In this document: piece by piece, positions 61,031 to 64,000 of the stretch
Layout: each line of letters begins with the position of its first letter
Numbering within the stretch: position 1 is the first letter of the stretch
Translations under genes and position numbers: made by a program
Assembly: GCA_051294375.1 (NCBI GenBank)
Contig: CM119270.1
Span: forward strand, 9,112,153-9,176,152
Length of the DNA: 64,000 bases
Origin: Paraspadella gotoi
Taxonomy: Eukaryota; Animalia; Chaetognatha
Direction of reading: 5' to 3'
The notes under the pieces: generated by a model
Told to the model about the DNA's origin: nothing
Databases searched by the model: none
The model's input: only the letters and a program-made list of their open reading frames with translations

Positions 61031-61831
61031 GGATTTGTTTAGAGGTTTGGAAATTGGGTTTCGCGTTAGAAGATAAGCTCAAGGTTTAGATTTGTGGGAT
61101 TGAGGATTGAAATTAGGGATCCGGGATCAGATTAAGGTTAGGATTAAGCAAGTAGAAAGATTGTAGAAATATTTAAATCAAGTCCAGGGGTTATGAAAAC
61201 ATTGAACAGTCAATTGAGAAAACTTGTTTGAAAATTTTTGTTTCTAAACGTTTTTTTATGTTGTGTGTGAGTCAGGCATTCTTTGTTGCCGTCGTTGCCG
61301 TCGTTGTCGTCGTCGGTTTTGGTTACTTACAGCCGTTAGCTTCGAGCCAATTTTCTTCCAAGGTCCAAGTAAAAGCGGCATCACAACTAAATAAGAAAAG
61401 AAGAAAGAAGCAAAAAAAATCCGAGAAAAAAAGAATAAAGAAGCTGTGAGAGAGAGAGAGAGAGAGAGAGAGACGAGAGGATGAGGAAGAGAGAGAGAGA
61501 GATAGAATTATACAGTGAAAGTTTGTGACAGAGACTCGTGAATTATACAATTACATACGTAAATAAATCGAATTTCAATGAAAAAGTTTTAAAAATACTG
61601 TTAATCTTAGTGATTCGAACAAGAATACCGATTTCTAAATCAAATGGGATAGAGATAGAGAGCGAAAGAGAGAGAGAAAGAGAGAGCGAAAGAGAGAGAG
61701 AAAGAGAGAGAGATTCTTGCGTCAACATTGCCTGTCATCTTTGCCACTCAATCCTTGGCGCCAAACGAGCTCCATAAACAAGATCATCCTGACACCGAAG
61801 TGAATGAAAATGGAGGGAGGGAAAGAGAGAT

Positions 61832-61871
<40 letters not shown>

Positions 61872-62399
61872 TTCTTCCAGACATACCCACCACTATATTC
61901 CTTCTCTAAGCTCGGGATTCTAGCGTTAGATGATTTTCACGCTCGACTCGTTTTAAATCTCGGTCCAATCTCGACCGACAGACCGACCGACAGTAGCTCT
62001 GAAAATCCAATTTGTCGCGAATTAAAAAGGACAGAGAGAATCTAAACAACAAAAGGCGAGGGAGAAAGAGAGACGGCCCAAAACGTGAGAGGCAATGAAA
62101 AGCTGGGAAAATGAAACAAGAATGAAGCTCGAAATTGGGAAACCATGATTTTTTTTGTTTTTAATTTACGACTCAATGACTGGAGTTGTTGCAGCCGTAA
62201 GGACCGCAACCAAACGACCTATCGACAACAATGACGACGATGACAACAATAACGGCAATATGAAAGTCTTTTTTTTTCGGCATCCTCGCCGAGCATTTAA
62301 CTTTGTTTTTCTTTTTGTTAATATTCCTCTCTCTTTTTAAAAACGGAAGTAAAAAAAAACAAATCGCTCTCTCTCTCTCTCTCTCTCTCTCGCTTTTTG

Positions 62400-62612
62400 T
62401 GTATATTATGGCAACGGGAGGATAGCCTGTGATACCCGGGGCGCGGGGTATCTCACCAACTGGCGTAGGGGCTGCGGACATGCCAGTGACCTCCTGTCAC
62501 TGGCATGTTTATACCGGCACCGTCACATTTAAGCCAGAACCGGGATACCCGGGGATTGAACCGGGGACGCACGGATGGAATGAGATGATTTAGCCTGCTC
62601 AGCCATTGAGAC
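62400..62612 (-). mobile_element. tRNA-derived SINE / Pol III structured RNA
   Basis: Minus strand A-box TGGCTGAGCAGG (62594-62605), B-box GGTTCAATCCC (62552-62562), perfect 13-bp hairpin 62478-62508, ends next to a (GA)n tract. Confidence 0.65.
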
Positions 62613-63664
62613 GAGGCTGAGGACGGACAGCAGTGAGGCAGCTTTAAGTCTTGCTGCCACAATATTCTTTTTTCGTAGACTCTTTCTCTTCCTAGTTGTA
62701 TCTCTCTCTTTCTTGATTTATTTCTCTCTCTTCCTCTCTCTCTCACTACCAACGAAAAAGACTTCAGAGCAAGTCCCTGACATTTCCCAGCCATTCCTTC
62801 GACGAATTCATAATCCCCAGAGAGAGAGAGATCGAGAGAAGCAGGATAGAGAAGAGATCATACGAACTTTGTCCGTGACATAAAGGTCACCCGACAAACA
62901 AGGTGAAACGCTCGAACCTCGACAGAATCGTTATATGTTTTCGTTTCACTTTCTGCAAAACTTCTCGTCACTGCTACGACACTCGACCGTATTTTGTGTT
63001 TTTGTGTTGTTTTTTTTATAGTGTTTTTGAAACTAACTATTTTCCGCGAGACCTACTTATTTTTGTAACCTTACTTTCGGATTCTTACGTAGCGTGTCTC
63101 ACCACCGCTTTGGATTTCGCGCTGGTTTTGAATGTCTGCTTATGACTTTATGGTTTTTTCCGCTTTGTACATATTCTATTTCTAATTTCGTTACACCTTT
63201 TTTCTTCTTTTCTCTTACTTTCCTATGTCTCTCTACCTCCGTCTTCCTGATATCGTACCCTCTCTCCCTTCCCCCGTCATTCCCCCCTACCTCTTTTCGT
63301 CTCCTCCCCCCTTTCCCCCCTCTCTCTCTTCTCTTGGTTTTCCGAACCAATTAAACTCCCCCTACCGATCGCTTCCAGGCCGAATTGACGAGAACGAATC
63401 CTTCTAATTAGGAAATATCCTGCCGACGGAGAAGAAAAACAATTTTCCAGATTTTTTTTTCTTTCCTCAAACTGATGAAATTGTTGTCGGGTTCCCGCGG
63501 CGTCGCGCGAAAAAGAAAACGAGGGGAAAAAACGCGGGAGTAAAAAAAAAAAAAGGAAGGAAATTAAACATTTGAAGCGGATTGAAAAAAAAAGAATATA
63601 AATTAAATGTTGAACACGGATTTTGTTCAATAAGAGATTATATCGGCAGCCGTTTGAGATTGTT

Positions 63665-63728
63665 TGATTTTGATTTTGATTTTGATTTTGATTTTGATTT
63701 TGATTTTGATTTTGATTTTGATTTTGAT
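63665..63728. repeat. (GATTTT)n hexamer repeat
   Basis: Direct inspection, ~10 units. Confidence 0.95.
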
Positions 63729-63783
63729 TGGTAAACTTGTATATAACATCTGTCTCTCTCTCTCTCTCTCTCATTCTCTCTCT

Positions 63784-63826
<43 letters not shown>

Positions 63827-64000
63827 TCCTATGGTAAAAAAATAACCCCGTTGAAACTATTTGTCGTTGAATCACAAAAACGGACGAAATTTTACAACCA
63901 CGATGCAACTTTAATGAGCAATAGCTATTGACGCTTTAATCCATCCGTCCATTGAACAATAAAAAAAAAATCTTAAAAGACTCAAGATCGAGCCAGAGCC

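Overview
Eukaryotic (probably invertebrate animal) genomic DNA, AT-rich and saturated with (GA/CT)n microsatellites, from a draft assembly with N gaps and some noisy, apparently uncorrected long-read segments. Positions 1-19137 (+) hold the last ~25 exons of a spliced gene whose phase-consistent translation matches the C-terminal half of DLEC1/CFAP81 (motile-cilium central-apparatus protein), greatly expanded by low-complexity inserts. Its introns carry a Helentron-associated (HINE/DINE-1-like) element, a foldback element, a Tc1-derived MITE, tRNA-derived SINE-like heads and Penelope-type minimal hammerhead motifs. One degenerate hammerhead, in antisense, supplies a predicted splice acceptor. 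27985-37132 is a full-length BEL/Pao LTR retrotransposon with frameshifted ORFs. The rest (37-64 kb) is gene-poor repeat DNA with minisatellites, a ~2.9 kb duplication across a gap, more hammerhead copies and a structured Pol III SINE. Most ORFs in the supplied track are microsatellite read-throughs. No new multi-gene system is evident; the most unusual signals are the hammerhead mini-elements and the relaxed splice-site usage. Homology calls are from memory of the families and were not checked by database search.
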